DNA from: Tubiluchus corallicola
Lineage: Eukaryota > Animalia > Priapulida
Length of the DNA: 64,000 nt
Assembly (NCBI GenBank): GCA_030141605.1
Contig: JAQGDQ010000409.1
Location: forward strand, 143,376-207,375
Direction of reading: 5' to 3'
This document shows positions 37,388-50,484 of this stretch, one piece after another; position 1 is the stretch's first letter, and each line of letters begins with the position of its first letter. The notes under the pieces were generated by a model. The model did no database searches. It worked only from the letters and a program-made list of their open reading frames with translations, and was not told the origin of the DNA. The translations under genes were made by a program, and so were the position numbers.

Positions 37388-39399
37388 TAGTCATTGCATA
37401 TACTTAATAATTCCCTTAATATATAGGCAACAAAGTGCAGTATGTGTTTTTGGTAACATTGTGAACTAAGAAGTAATCGTGACTTAGCTAAACAACCACC
37501 AAGTTGTTTATTTATTTATTTATGTGTGTAATTGTGTGTAATTATAATGATATGAACAAAATTGTTCGAAATAAAGTAAATCAATCAATCAGTCAATTGC
37601 CGCTCTTTTCTCTCTTCTCTCTTCCCTCTTCCACTGTCTTTTTCTCTCTCACGCATACTATACTATACCAATTCTATCTCAGTTGTCTACTAAGTAAATC
37701 TAGCCTATGAAGTACATTATCACTAATTCGTGCAAAAGTCGTAAAACTTTACGTAATAAACATCGCTTTTTCACTTCGCAGAAAAGTTCATAAATATTCA
37801 AGTAATACACACCGTTCAGTTATCAACTGCTACACTATTCATGATTGCGTAATGACTATCTAAATGTTAAGCTTTTATGCTTCTCCAAGAGGCAAAACTT
37901 TACGAGTCAGGCACACGTGTATTGAATTAAAATGACTCATCGAATGGTTGAATTTTGACAGTGATCAGTGCAATTCACCATTATATTTGTGAGACTTTAA
38001 GGCTTAATGGGTTTATTTTTGAATGTCCTTTTCCACGTCTTCGTATCTTACAGACACTGGTAGTATATATGCTATAGCTTTTGTTACCATATCTTCGTAG
38101 ATAGTAAATTTTTTAAAACCTTCCTTTCACAGATTTACGTTCGCCCCAAGTCTTTATTGGCCTATTAAAACCGCAACTATCTTCTTTATAATTGAAAGAA
38201 CTGAACTGTTTATACTTCTAAGAACCCGAGATTACCTGTTTTTACTTCGGTTTATTACATCATTTGAAAGTGGGCCTACAAGTGAAAAGCGCTTATGCAA
38301 TATTAATGCAGTGAGCGTATCTGTTAACGTATATAAGAAAAACTTAATCGGTTATCAGATTATAACTCCAAAATTTTAATTGCCGAAATTGGGGTGGTAT
38401 TTCTACTGTTGTGACAATAAATTTGTTGTTAAATACTGAAACCTGATCTTGTTTTTTAATTTTCATGTTTGTCTGGTAACTCATTCATTTCTCTGCCAAT
38501 ACGTTTCTTCGTTTGCTCGTTCGTTCACCCGTTTAATAGTTTATTCATTCGACTCAGTCACTCATTCATTCATTCAATCACTCATTCATTCATTCATTCA
38601 TTCTCTGATTTTGACAAAAACATCTAAAATTCGCAGTTGTGTAATACTGCGTAATCAGCCACTTGCCTATTTCTGCTGCTAAAGGTATTTTGTGAAACAC
38701 ATGCAAGTTTTATGACAGTTTTATTTCTATTCTTTATTCGAGCATGAACATTATCCTGGATTTTATCCATCGTACGATTACGAAATAAATACAAAAATAA
38801 AAAAGATCTTTTCGTAGTTTAAATTTCGTAATAGTTTGTCTTCATGTAACCATTGTGAGTGCATTTTGTGACACTGTTTAACCGTAAAAACGAAACGATA
38901 AAATATTAATTCTTGGAAATGAGTGATAATCTTGCATCCGCGTCCAAATTGAATAAGTTTTTTTTGAAACAAGACGCCAAACAAAAAATCAATTCAAAGA
39001 CATTTTATGCAAAGTTGTGGTCATCTAATGACACTGTTGATACTCGAGAAAACACGTTTCAACAGGCGAATTCACGGGTAAGGTGGGACAAAGCCCCAAC
39101 CTGTGCGCGTGACATTAAATAATGCGCGGACAGTTTCATAAATACTTGACTGACAGGCAGTGTAAATATTTTGCACGAAACTAAAGCCAACCTTTATTTT
39201 ATTAACTTATTGCATAGAATCCGGCAATGTGTTTAGATTGATTTATGATTCAAAAGTCAGTTATTTAAGGGAGTGCCTGTGTCCTGTTGTGTAACAAAAA
39301 AAGGCCCGCGGCGTTGAATTTCGCTTTCCAACAAGTGACCCATCGTACTGTGGTAACCGGGTGGAACTTTCAGAGGTACTGAACCTGTCTAATTTGAAG

Positions 39400-39590
39400 C
39401 TCAATGTCTGGAATTTAAGTGTAACTCGGGGTAGGCAAGAAACGCAAGCCTCTGTCACTTTTCTCCCGAAAAACTCGGGGATTCGCGTCCAGAGTGGGCA
39501 AAACTTCCTGTTGTTGGGTCCCCTCGTGCTAGAACCTTCGCGCTGTTATCCAATATTATCCTAAAACTAGGCCGGCCTCGCTCAAGGACG
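39400..39590 (+). other. Putative second or alternative non-coding 5' exon
   Basis: GC-richer segment ending in a consensus donor CG|GTAAGT at 39591, upstream of the acceptor at 40882; 5' boundary unknown. Confidence 0.4.
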
Positions 39591-40928
39591 GTAAGTATGT
39601 GTATTTGGTACAGCAGTCAGATGTTATGCGAATATACATCATGTTACGTGTGTCCTATACTGACCGTGTTATACTGGCAATACATCGATTAAAGCTGTTG
39701 CATTGAGCGTTTGACCACTGCATACAGTGAGGATTCCGTAATCTTATATTGAAGCCATGGTCTGTCGTTTGAGATGTTTTAAAAATCTCTCGGTTAACAT
39801 CAGAACTGCATATCGGTGTTATATATCGTCATATTCATACAGGACTACTTCATTGTTAAGCCCTTGACTTCGGAATTCATTAATTGAGTTATTTTCTCTA
39901 TTGCGTAATGCGGCATTATTGTTAGTAAGTATGAATCATAGTCATGCGATTGCGTTACTGAAAAGCACGTTTTGATAGACTGTTATTTAACACCTGAAAC
40001 TATATGAAGATTCAGCAACGTAGACTTTACATTCTTATTGTCAATTATGAATAGGAATCTTGTATTTCAGATCTGTTTTAATATTTTAAAAGCTTATGAA
40101 TAAGAAAACGCACTAATTTTTGCTAGTACCATAATCAAGTATTACGATTCTGTAAAATTCTGCAAGCTCAGCTCAGTCATTACCATACGTTTGTTTTACT
40201 GACACGAAATGAAAATTTGTTATCGTGAACTTTTTTAACCTTTGTATAATGTTGCTGTTTTCTGAAAAGTAGGAAATTTTGGGCTATGAAATGTTTAAAA
40301 TATACCGTAGAAAAAAAAACTAATTTATGAAAGCTACTGGTCTTGTCAATGTTAATTAATTATTGAAGGTTTCGCTAGAAGGGAACTGAATGAGATCCTT
40401 TTATATTCAGAGTTGTATATATTTTATTATTATATTTGTATATATTTCTATCTTTACTCATTATCTATATCCACTTCTCTATTATGTATTGCATTAGTTT
40501 ACAAAATAAATGACATATATATAATTCCTCATCATTTATAAATATAATGACCTAATAATCATACTTAGTAAAGGTATGTTTTTTGATAGAGTGAGAACCA
40601 TAATGAAAAAGTGCTTTAATGTAGCATTAATCATCCATTGTTTTTGTTTGTTAGTGCCAGATGGTGCCGAGGTTGGTGAATGTAAACAGGCAAAGCACAA
40701 TTTTTAAGTATATATTGTTTACACAATCGTGTATATTGGTTATTACCGAGATAGAAGTTTTGTTTGAAAATTGCTTTTTGATGCTTGAAATGTGAACATT
40801 TGTAGCACTGACAGGTTTCTACCATGATGGAGCATTTCCAGATATAAATTTTAATCGTAATAAAATTGTATATTTCTTCTAGGTTGAAGTAATCAAAACA
40901 GGAAACCATCTCCTTTTCTGAATGGATT

Positions 40929-41966
40929 ATGGCACATGAGGCACATGGCTCCAAGGACAAACTGACAAGAGAAATGGGCAATAACTCCATTGATGACCTA
41001 GCACTGCAGCTGAGACAGTCAAACGAAGGCAAATCATCTGTTTACCCTACCAAGGCCGTGAAGGAGGACGACGACGGTCCTTTAGATTTCTCCGTTTCCA
41101 AGTCTCGTTCAGAGGAGCTGAGTTCGGTGGGTAGTAGTAGCCGTGACAGCTTTCCCGAGAGGAGCGTTTCCACCGAAAGCCCTCCAAATGAAGACCGGAG
41201 GTCTCCTGGCACGACCAATGGCAACGGCGTTGCTGGCAGTTCTAACGGTATCCTGAGTTCTGCTATGTTACCCAGGATTCCATTGTCCAGCCAGTATACA
41301 GCAGATGCTAAAAAGGTGATGAAGCAAACTCGTCCATTTAAAGCATATCCCAGAGACCCGTTATCGTTGCCTATTGGATATTATGGTATACCATTTGCTG
41401 GTCTGCCGGGCATGCCCGGAATGGGAATGGATGCTCTGATTCCCCCGGGACAGCCGGGATCTCTGGCCAATAATGAACTGTACAGTCATTATATCAAACG
41501 TATTCAACAAGCTCAGGAGAATTTGATGAAAAGCCAAATTCAGCAACAGCAACACCAACAGCATTTTGTGATGGCGCCGCAAAAGCGTGAGGACGACGTC
41601 AAGCAAGAACCGAATGTGTCGACAGGGTCACCCGTGACATCCGTTCCAATGCCCCAAACGCTCACTTCTTCCAAATGCTCATCACCATCAGAGACCTCCA
41701 GCACATCACCTACCTCAATAAGTGCGTCCAATTCCAGGAAGCGAGCTCGTGTTTTTCCAGACGAACAGAAGGACGAGTCGTACTGGGAACGACGGCGCAA
41801 GAACAATGAAGCGGCGAAACGTTCCCGGGATGCAAGACGCGCCAAGGAGGACGAAATTGCTATCCGAGCCGCTTTCCTAGAACAAGAAAATCTTAAATTA
41901 CGGGTTGAACTAGCCGCTTTAAAAAATGAAACCTCAAAATTAAGATGTATGCTGTATAACAGTTAA
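40929..41966 (+). CDS. gt: Giant-like PAR-family bZIP transcription factor, 345 aa
   Basis: b[47 protein letters not shown]; giant-typical [11 protein letters not shown] motif; CtBP-type PLDFS motif. Acceptor ttcttctag at 40882 is followed by an in-frame TAA (40890-40892), so the CDS is one exon. Orthology to giant is inferred from motifs. Confidence 0.9.
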   Translation: MAHEAHGSKDKLTREMGNNSIDDLALQLRQSNEGKSSVYPTKAVKEDDDGPLDFSVSKSRSEELSSVGSSSRDSFPERSVSTESPPNEDRRSPGTTNGNGVAGSSNGILSSAMLPRIPLSSQYTADAKKVMKQTRPFKAYPRDPLSLPIGYYGIPFAGLPGMPGMGMDALIPPGQPGSLANNELYSHYIKRIQQAQENLMKSQIQQQQHQQHFVMAPQKREDDVKQEPNVSTGSPVTSVPMPQTLTSSKCSSPSETSSTSPTSISASNSRKRARVFPDEQKDESYWERRRKNNEAAKRSRDARRAKEDEIAIRAAFLEQENLKLRVELAALKNETSKLRCMLYNS

Positions 41967-42850
41967 CTGTGATCCTCAAAGTAAAAAGTGTTAAAAAACT
42001 CTGACTGCCATCTGTGGTCAGTTAGACAAACTGCTTGATGTGGTGAAATTATTGTGTGAAGAATTAAACGATCTTGCAAGTATTTTTGCAAATGCAACAC
42101 ACTGCAAGCTTTGAAAGACTGTGAATTAGTAAACAATTGTCGAGGAAAGGGGCTCCGATACCGGGACAAACGCCCGCAGGGTAGGATGGGGTACAGATGT
42201 GAGTTCAGGTTTCAGTTTTCAGCGGTGGGAATAAGTCCATTTCAACGTGTTTACCGTCCTGACTTCAATCACATATCATGCTTAAGTCCAAGGTTCGCTT
42301 AGAGCAATGTTGACAGATGTATTGCGTATGCCAGCGGTGCTTACAACATGGGATGTTAATTCCTCACGTGGCGGATCCAGACATGGGGAAGTACTGCAGT
42401 GTCAGCAGAACAGGGTTGACTTGTATTCACCCCTTTAATTGTCTGTTTTTTATTTGTTTGTTTTTGTTTGTTGTTATTGTTTGTGAGTGCCGACATTCTT
42501 CAAATTGGCTCACAATTCTGTTATGATATCAATTGCAATGTGTGTGTAAAGGTAGTGTACACATAGTTATAGCCTACAGTACTTCGATTTTCATGTACCT
42601 CCAGTACCGGTCATCGTTCAGTGTTCACATATCATATATATACATCTTTTATCAAACGTCTTATGTAAAGCCTAGGTTGTTGATAATGTGAGTTAATTTA
42701 CATTACGTATGACTTACTATTTGAAAAGATGGCGTGTCGTCAACGAACTTATTAGTAAAACCTACTAATGCAATAAGCAGCAATAATATCGAAGCTGTTT
42801 TTAAAAATTTTCGTAAAATGTGGGTTTCCGTTTGGGTTTAGTACTTGAAA

Positions 42851-43183
42851 CTAGTGCTTCAAACTTAATAGCTCCAACTGCTCAACAACTTCAACTTCAA
42901 CACTCATAGAAACCCCATATTTTTCCACGAAATAATTGTGAATTAAAACTCTATTTGGTGCACCAATCACCATGGCAGGCAGATTATTCCATTCATTCAC
43001 AAATTTCACAGTAAATGAATATTTACGAATGTCAAGACGTGACCGCTCTTTAAGCATTTTTAAATTATGTCTTCTAGTTTTAGAATCAACAACTAAATTA
43101 AAGTATTTTTCAGGCAAAATGTTTTCTTCTCTAATTAGTATTTTATAAATCCTCAATAAGATCTCCATTGTGTCTCTTTTCAT
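42851..43183 (-). mobile_element. CR1 LINE 3' fragment
   Basis: TRRHNLKMLKERSRLDIRKYSFTVKFVNEWNNLPAMVIGAP is the CR1 ORF2 C-terminal motif. Confidence 0.85.
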
Positions 43184-44739
43184 AAAAAAATACTTTTAAT
43201 TTAAAAGGTTTTTATGATTAAGCCTTATTCACGTTTTATGATGGACACTTTTTTGTTTAACGTTGCTTATTGCTTTACTAGCCGTATCTTTAGCAGTTTA
43301 TTTCTTCACACGAACGTTTTCCCAGCGTGAAGTCACAAGTTTCTCATTTAGCAGTTTAATTTCACTTTTGTGACATGCGTATAAGAAGCAGTACAAGCTT
43401 TGAACCAATCAAAATGGCATCACAAAGTGTTAAATGTATTAATGCTCTACCTCATTACACTCCTCCGTGGTTGTATAAACTATTAAGCTCCTCTTACCTG
43501 CCTTGACCCTATTCCTACTGTGATAGTACATATCGCGCCAATTTGGCCTAAAACTGAGGCAATAATCGTGTATTTGTAACCATGTTTAGTGTTGCCGGTT
43601 CGTATAAAGCAATATTATTGGTGATTTTTGCTTACGGGTGTCTCAGTAATGGTAGGCAGTTATGACTTGGCCTGTAAGCCTTTAAAATGAAATTTAGAGA
43701 CTATTTATGACGTTGTGATGTTTGGACAATACTGATACGCTGTGCGTTTTTCAGATAGAATTTCATTATGAGTTTCTTTTTGTCTCTGTTTTGATTTGTG
43801 TAACCCAAAGCTTTTAAGTCAGCACAAAATTTAGGCACAGATGTATTGCACAAACTCTATACTTTCAGATTATAACATAAACCATTCATATTTTGTGATA
43901 GCTTTTGACTGTCTCTGCTGTAAAACAACGACCTGTTTACTAAATGGATGGGTGACAATAACGAAAATTACTTCGAGGTGCCGTACTGTCACCGGCTAAT
44001 TCGTTCATCAAGAGAGGATGCATTTTTGCCTCCAGTCACTTTTGTGGTCAAAACGCTTCTGGCTCTCCTGAGTAGGTTATCATTGTTACTTAGCTAAGTC
44101 CCAGTGCTCCCACAACCTTTAAACGAAGTAGGAACAGTGATTGTGTGGCTGCTACCGTCTTGTAAACTGCCTACCTGTATAAAATGTTCAATATTTGCAT
44201 TGAAAGCAGCTGCAGTTTTTTTGCGTGAATAAAAATCCGTTTTTCCAATATTTTCTTCATTATCTCATTATTGACTTTAATGGGTTTATTAACAGCGAAC
44301 TTGATTTCAATGATTGTGCAACTATGATGCAGGTGGCGCGAAGGTCGCACAGTGTTTCAGTATTGTTAAAACATTCATCAAATACGGCAGGGATTTTTGC
44401 GTACGCGTTTGTGTTGATAATTTTAACGAGTTTATGACTGTAGTCACGTGACTCGATGATGTCATTCTGTTTACACAATGCTTAGTTTAGTTTGTTAATT
44501 GTGATCGAGTTAATGAGTGTATCGTTTGTATTACAGTTGGTACAATGGTAGAAAATTGTTTATAGCAATATTCGAGCTAGTTTAACTGTACTTACTGACT
44601 TTGTGAGCTTTATGACATGCCTAACGGTGAACGAATAATAAGGTTTTTCACATAGGTATAAAATTAATGTACAAATTCGTATACAATCTACACATTGTAT
44701 GCAAGGAATAAGGACTCCTGAGTATTCGAGGTTTCATAA

Positions 44740-45735
44740 CTCAAGTTTTTTGGACTCACACTTTCTGGACCCAAACTTTCTGTACTCAAGCTTTCTGAAC
44801 TCAAGCTTTTTGGGCTCAAGCTTTCTGAACTCAAGCTTCCTAGACTCAAGCTTTCTGAACCCATGCTTTTTGAACTCAAGCTTTCTGAACCCATGCTTTC
44901 TGAATTCAAGCTTTCTGAACACAAGCTTTCTGGGCTCAAGCTTTCTGAACTCGAGCTTTCTGAACTCGAGCTTTCTGGGCTCAAGCGTTCTGGACTCAAG
45001 CTTCCTGAACCCATGCTTTTTGAACTCAAGCTTTCTGGACTCAAGCTTTCTGAACTCAAGCTTTCTGGACTCAAGCTTTTTGAACTCAAGCTTTCTGAAC
45101 CCATGCTTTCTGAACTCAAGCTTTCTGGAATCAAGCTTTCTGAACTCAAGCTTTTTGGGCCCAAGCTTTCTGAATTCAAGCTTTCTGAACACAAGCTTTC
45201 TGGACTCAAGCTTTCTGAACTCAAGCTTTCTGAACCCATGCTTTCTGAACTCAAGCTTTCTGGACTCAAGCTTTCTGAACTCAAGCTTTCTGAACTCAAG
45301 CTTTCTGAACTCAAGCTTTCTGGACTCAAGCTTTCTGAACTCAAGCTTTCTGAACTCAAGCTTTCTGAACTCAAGCTTTCTGAACTCAAGCTTTCTGGAC
45401 TCAAGCTTTCTGAATTCAAGCTTTCTGAACGCAAGCTCTCTGGACTCAAGCTTTCTGAACTCAAGCTTTCTGAACACAATCTTTCTGGACTCGAGCTTTC
45501 TGAACACAAGCTTTCTGAACTCAAGCTTTCTGGGCTCAAGCTTTCTGAATTCAAGCTTTCTGAATTCAAGCTTTCTGGACTCAAGCTTTCTGAATTCAAG
45601 CTTTCTGAACTCAAGCTTTCTGGACTCAAGCTTTCTGAATTCAAGCTTTCTGAACTCAAGCTTTCTGGACTCAAGCTTTCTGGACTCAAGATTTCTGAAC
45701 TCAAAGCTTTCTGGGCTCAAATTCTCTGGATTTAA
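44740..45735. repeat. 15-bp minisatellite (TCAAGCTTTCTGAAC)n, about 66 units
   Basis: Direct reading; degenerate at both ends. Confidence 0.97.
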
Positions 45736-46109
45736 GCTTCTCGTCAGAGCAGTATCGCTCTTCTAACTTATTTAAACGTTGATTTTATGTTTTTCCTGAC
45801 TTTCTGGTCTAACAGATAGATGGCGCTAGTTACAGATCATGAACAGAGACTCCTAGATGGCTTCTTTTCCCCAAAAATTCAAAAATATGCTACAGTCCAC
45901 GATTATAACATGTAAATATTAAGCTTAATTCCCACGAAAATGTGTTCACACAACAACAGTTAATTCACATTGAGACAAACTCTCTCTTTCTCTGCTTGAT
46001 TGATTCAAATCTATTGTCTTATCATAGAATGCACGGCTCTCTAGCTTCCCAGTTTACCCCAGTTTTCTACATACAATTAGCGGTTTTAATGAGCGAAAGT
46101 CTGTTTCCA

Positions 46110-46245
46110 TGTATTTAGGTCAGCTCGTTACGTAAGGCCTGGTCACTCGGTTGCATTACGTCTTGCTGTTCAGGCTATTATTGCGAGTAGAGAAATAGGT
46201 TACCGAGTGCGGGGCGGATTCATTCCTTGCGGGTTGCGTAACTGA
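46110..46245. promoter_or_regulatory. Putative downstream enhancer (RORE, D-boxes, GC box)
   Basis: TATTTAGGTCA 46112-46122, TTACGTAA 46128-46135, GGGGCGG ~46211, GTTGCGTAAC 46233-46242. Confidence 0.35.
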
Positions 46246-48369
46246 TTATATCACCGGCTTACGGGGAGTTGAGAAATGTCAGCGTGATAGCAGTGTCGCG
46301 CGTCTTTTTTCTGGAACTTGGACATTTCTCTTTTCTGTTTTAACTCGTTCTAGTTTAAGAGGTTTTGGTTTCCAAGTGGTTTCCCTTTTAAATGCGAGCC
46401 TGGTCATATCGATTTGTGTATTTATAGAAACCGAGGAATTCGTATGATGCAACAGGGCTGATCTAGGTCAGGAACAAGAAGAGAACCAACACAAATTTCG
46501 CGAGGGCACTGTAATATTTTTTGCAATTTCTAATTAGTTTGGAATGAAATATATTTATTTTTAAGCAGTAAATGTTTAAAATGCAAAACTGGTTTGATGC
46601 AATAATTGTGAACCAAGTATTTTAAGCCAGCATTTTGTTTAGATGATTGGTTTTAGTTTTCATCGACGTTTCTATTGCTATTTTTTGTACAGTAGGGGCA
46701 AGTGGGAAAATTCAGCCATTGGGAAAGTTTGGTTTTACGACATCGATTTTCGAATATCTGAGGCAAGGTTTTATAACGTTCAAAATAAGCAGCATTTTTA
46801 GAATAATTTACATAAGTTTCAATGTTTCAAAGTTTCAAAGCAGCGATTAATTTTTCTACTTTTCAAGAAAATTATCATGAAAATTGTAAACTTGCTTTAG
46901 GAATTTCCGCAAATCTTTGGTTATGAAGTTTTAATTGCATCGGCTTGTCACCCTGCGCCATCTATCGACCTAATTTGCGACCATTTTAGTGTTCTGGCTT
47001 CTAAACTTCGGACTTGCATCTTTTTTCGGTAGATATTAATTAGTTTTATTTCTTTCTCTCTTTTGCTGACGTTTAGGTTTTCCGAGAAAAAACACGGGTA
47101 ATTTTAATATTTTCACGAAAACGCTCGGTCATTTAGTACACGTACATTCTAAATTACATTAACAGTCTACACCACGTGTTGTAGTCGTAGACAGGTGCTA
47201 TAATGGCTTACAGGTTTTTGCTGACCAAATGACGGTAACGGATTCACCGTCATAGTTGCCACTTATTAACGAGCTTAAGTACTGCAAATGCAGTTGATTG
47301 CAATGTCTGTATAGTAATTGATTATTTTGTACTCTTAGCAATTGTAACATATCTTAACACATGCGTAGATTAATTTTGTATTGTACGTCATCGTAATTAT
47401 ATACAGTTGCACATTTTTGTTAGCGATCATTTTGTTCATAACTTCAAGTTAAATTTCTACCTCACATAAAAATTCAAAATACCGTAATAGTATTTTTATC
47501 GCCTAGCTTTAGTAAGTTATTTTGGCGGTTAGCAATCGCTTGTGTTTTTTAATACTAATGAGCCAGGCGTATTCAATTGATAAGCAACGTACAGTATAGT
47601 TCAGTGTAAGTTCTTAATTTGCACCTATTTTTTTATTGAAATGTCGTTTAACTTTCGATTACAAGTACTTAAGGTATGTTCACATCCCGATTGTGCGGTG
47701 ACGGTGCGTGCAATTCATCTGGCAAAGGATGATCCGGAATGTTCGATACCTACGGCAACGAAACTCAAAAAAGCAGTACATTTTGATTTTCACTACCATG
47801 TGAAAACCACCGTCTGCAAGTACTGTTTCCAGTAGAAAGTGTCTCCCGGATCTTTCCGCATGATTCGCACGCTATGTCGCTACTAATTCGCATGCATGTG
47901 TACGCACCTTTAGCATCATGTTATTATGACGATTTGTCAAAGAAATTAACTTTATTGGTAAAATTTAAATCGATTACAGCAGTCAATTCTTTGTTAAATT
48001 CCAGTTCTGTTAGTTACCTCTACAGCATCAAACTTTGTACTTGCAATGACTGTATGGTATATTTTGTGATAACTATAGTTGTTTCACGCTGTATATAATG
48101 TGTTCGTATTTTAATACTTGGCCAGTATTAAGTACGCAGTGCGTGCTTTTCTTGGTACACGTGTCTCGCTCTAATTTAGTGAAGTATTGATAGTATGAAA
48201 AAACACGTGGTTTTTCAAAGTTGCTCGTTGGTTAGTAGTAGGTATGGTTAAATGCAAATAAACACTTGCTAAGCTCATTCATATGTTCATTTCGTTAAAT
48301 TATTTATTAAAAATTTTCTTCGATTTTTCTTTACATGTACTTTACACAACAAGTTTTAGTTAAGAAGTT

Positions 48370-48740
48370 TTGAAGGAAATTTTAATGTATCTTCCAAAAC
48401 TGCTGCAACGCCATCCCAGTGTACACCACTGATTCACTAAAAACACATTGAAGAAAAGGAAATTTTAATCCCAGTGTGCACCACTGATTCACCAAAAACA
48501 CATTGAAAAAAATAAAATTTTAATGTATCTTCCAAAATGTTGCTGCATCGCCATCCCAGTGTGCACCACTGATTCACCACAAAACACATTGATCTTACTG
48601 ACAATATTAAGTAATTAAAACTTTTACTTCGTTAGTGAAGAGTGCGCCACGAATGCTCTGATTATTTTTTCAAACTTTATGCAATGTTATCTAAACTTGT
48701 TTCAAATAATGCCGCCAAAATGCCGGCACCTAACGTTTTA
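48370..48740 (+). mobile_element. Kolobok-like family B fragment with internal triplication
   Basis: atcccagtgt(a/g)caccactgattcac occurs three times, followed by family B sequence. Confidence 0.7.
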
Positions 48741-48807
48741 AAAATGGTAAAAAATAATTTGTTACTATACAGCAAGAACAGTTACTTTATACATGCACTT
48801 CAAAGCA

Positions 48808-49276
48808 TTTATTATTGAAACAACACAACTTTTATTAAAAACCTTAATTTAGAACTGTTTGAAAACATGTCCAAACATTTCGACAGCAATCAGCTGTTGT
48901 CATCAGTGGTACACTATACAAACAACAACCAGTTTATATAGGCAGAGCCTACAACAGCATAGAAAATTATGCACTAATTATCTATTTAGAAGCCAAAGCA
49001 TTGTGACCAAAGATACAAATAACTGGGACTTATTAATATAAAAGAAAGTTTGTCTATGCACCCTAATAAGCATTGTCTTAGTGTGCACAGTAGTTCAATT
49101 CCGTTAACTTTATTTTCAAACATTAGCTATTTGTTATTGTATCAATTTCTTTTCTTCAGGTCTGGTTAATCGTTACCTATTTGGCTTCGGTTGTTGTTTT
49201 TGTAGTGTACCACTGATGATGACAGCTGATTGCTGTCGAAAAGTTTTAATAAAACTTGTGCTGTTTTAATAATAAA
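48808..49276. mobile_element. Penelope-like fold-back remnant with hammerhead motifs in both arms
   Basis: Inverted ends; hammerhead cores at 48870-48910 (-) and 49209-49245 (+); internal SIVTKDTNNWDLLI*KESLS...SSSIPLTLF is the PLE C-terminus. Confidence 0.8.
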
Positions 49277-49663
49277 ATCAGCTACTTTGCCAACTCTGCC
49301 ATTTCTGCAGTACAGCTTTTGTTTTTTTACTCTAATTTTTGTGTAGAAGGTTGGATCCGACGTGTGAAAGCTGCTGTGTCATATTTGACATGACATTGTG
49401 CTGTCACCTGTCGGGTGATAAAATAATTATTTTTCCAAAATGAGCAACACAATTCTATGCTTCTGTGCTGAATTACCTCAAATGACGCTCATAAGATTAT
49501 TTCCCATTTCTTAGCACTGCGTTCAGCTTCTTTCTCAAACATACAGTCATTACTACAGTTTGAAACATTGTAATTGGTCTGAACTTTACGTATAAGACCA
49601 CCCAACAAACTTAAATTCATTGCGCAATATAAGTTTTATGTGACTAGAACTTGCAAATATTTT

Positions 49664-49820
49664 AAGCAAAACAGGATCCCATCTTAAACTGTAGATCAAA
49701 ACAACCTGTTCTTTAAAATATTGAAAGGAAGCACACTATTTTTTAAAAAATGAGTTACGTGAAAGAATTATTACCACAGAAACTCAGATATTTACATTCG
49801 CGCCACTAGTTCTTCACTTT
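49664..49820 (+). mobile_element. Kolobok-like family A terminal fragment
   Basis: agcaaaacaggatcccatcttaaactgtagatcaaaac...gaaagaattattaccaca matches 55981-56090. Confidence 0.65.
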
Positions 49821-50484
49821 TAAATGAAATAAATTTAAAATAAAATAAATAAATATGATGCAAGAACTTTCTTTGTATTTCTTTTTATTTTTTTATTCGT
49901 ATCAAAGATACAGCGCATAATAAAATACAATGCAATAAAGTACAATATTATTATAATACACTCAAATTCATACACCTTACTCAAATAAACAGCTAAGTTT
50001 AACTCGTAATCTTATCTCTATATTTTTAATTTTTGTGTATTTTTAGTTACGATGGTGTTTTTGTCATGTCACTTGTCACTGTTGTAAATATCTTTCGGTA
50101 GATGCCGCTTCACTGCAGTGAAAATGCCAGACACAACCATTCCAGGTTTAAGCCTAGCAAGAGGTAACTGTCACAGTTCACGCGTGCGTGTGCAGCAGTC
50201 TGTGTAACATTGTCAATTACTGCCAAGATTCCTGGTTCAAACCCACGCTGTGTCTAATTTATTTTATTTAAAGTTCATTTCAGCACATAAAATGCCATAA
50301 TTATAAAAGTTAAAAAATTACACATAAAAATGCCATAATTATAAAAGTTAAAAAATTACAATAAAAACTACTACGTGACTTGCACTATTAAAAGCTACTA
50401 AAATTTACAAAAAATATATAATAAACGTATATACAGAAATTAAAAATGACAAGTATTCGTTAAAAAGCCCTAGCTGGACAGTCA

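Noticed and set aside
40631-41845. Antisense ORFs overlapping the bZIP gene
   Set aside because: Shadow frames of a GC-richer CDS with no recognisable motifs.
44688-45766. Four 290-355 aa repeat proteins (pentapeptide or leucine-rich-like)
   Set aside because: A 15-bp unit lacking stops opens frames on both strands; no non-repetitive domain or clear gene structure.
47641-47835. Cys/His-containing ORF (CSHPDC...CKYC) as a zinc-finger exon
   Set aside because: Spacing fits no zinc-finger family I recognise; short; no clear splice context.
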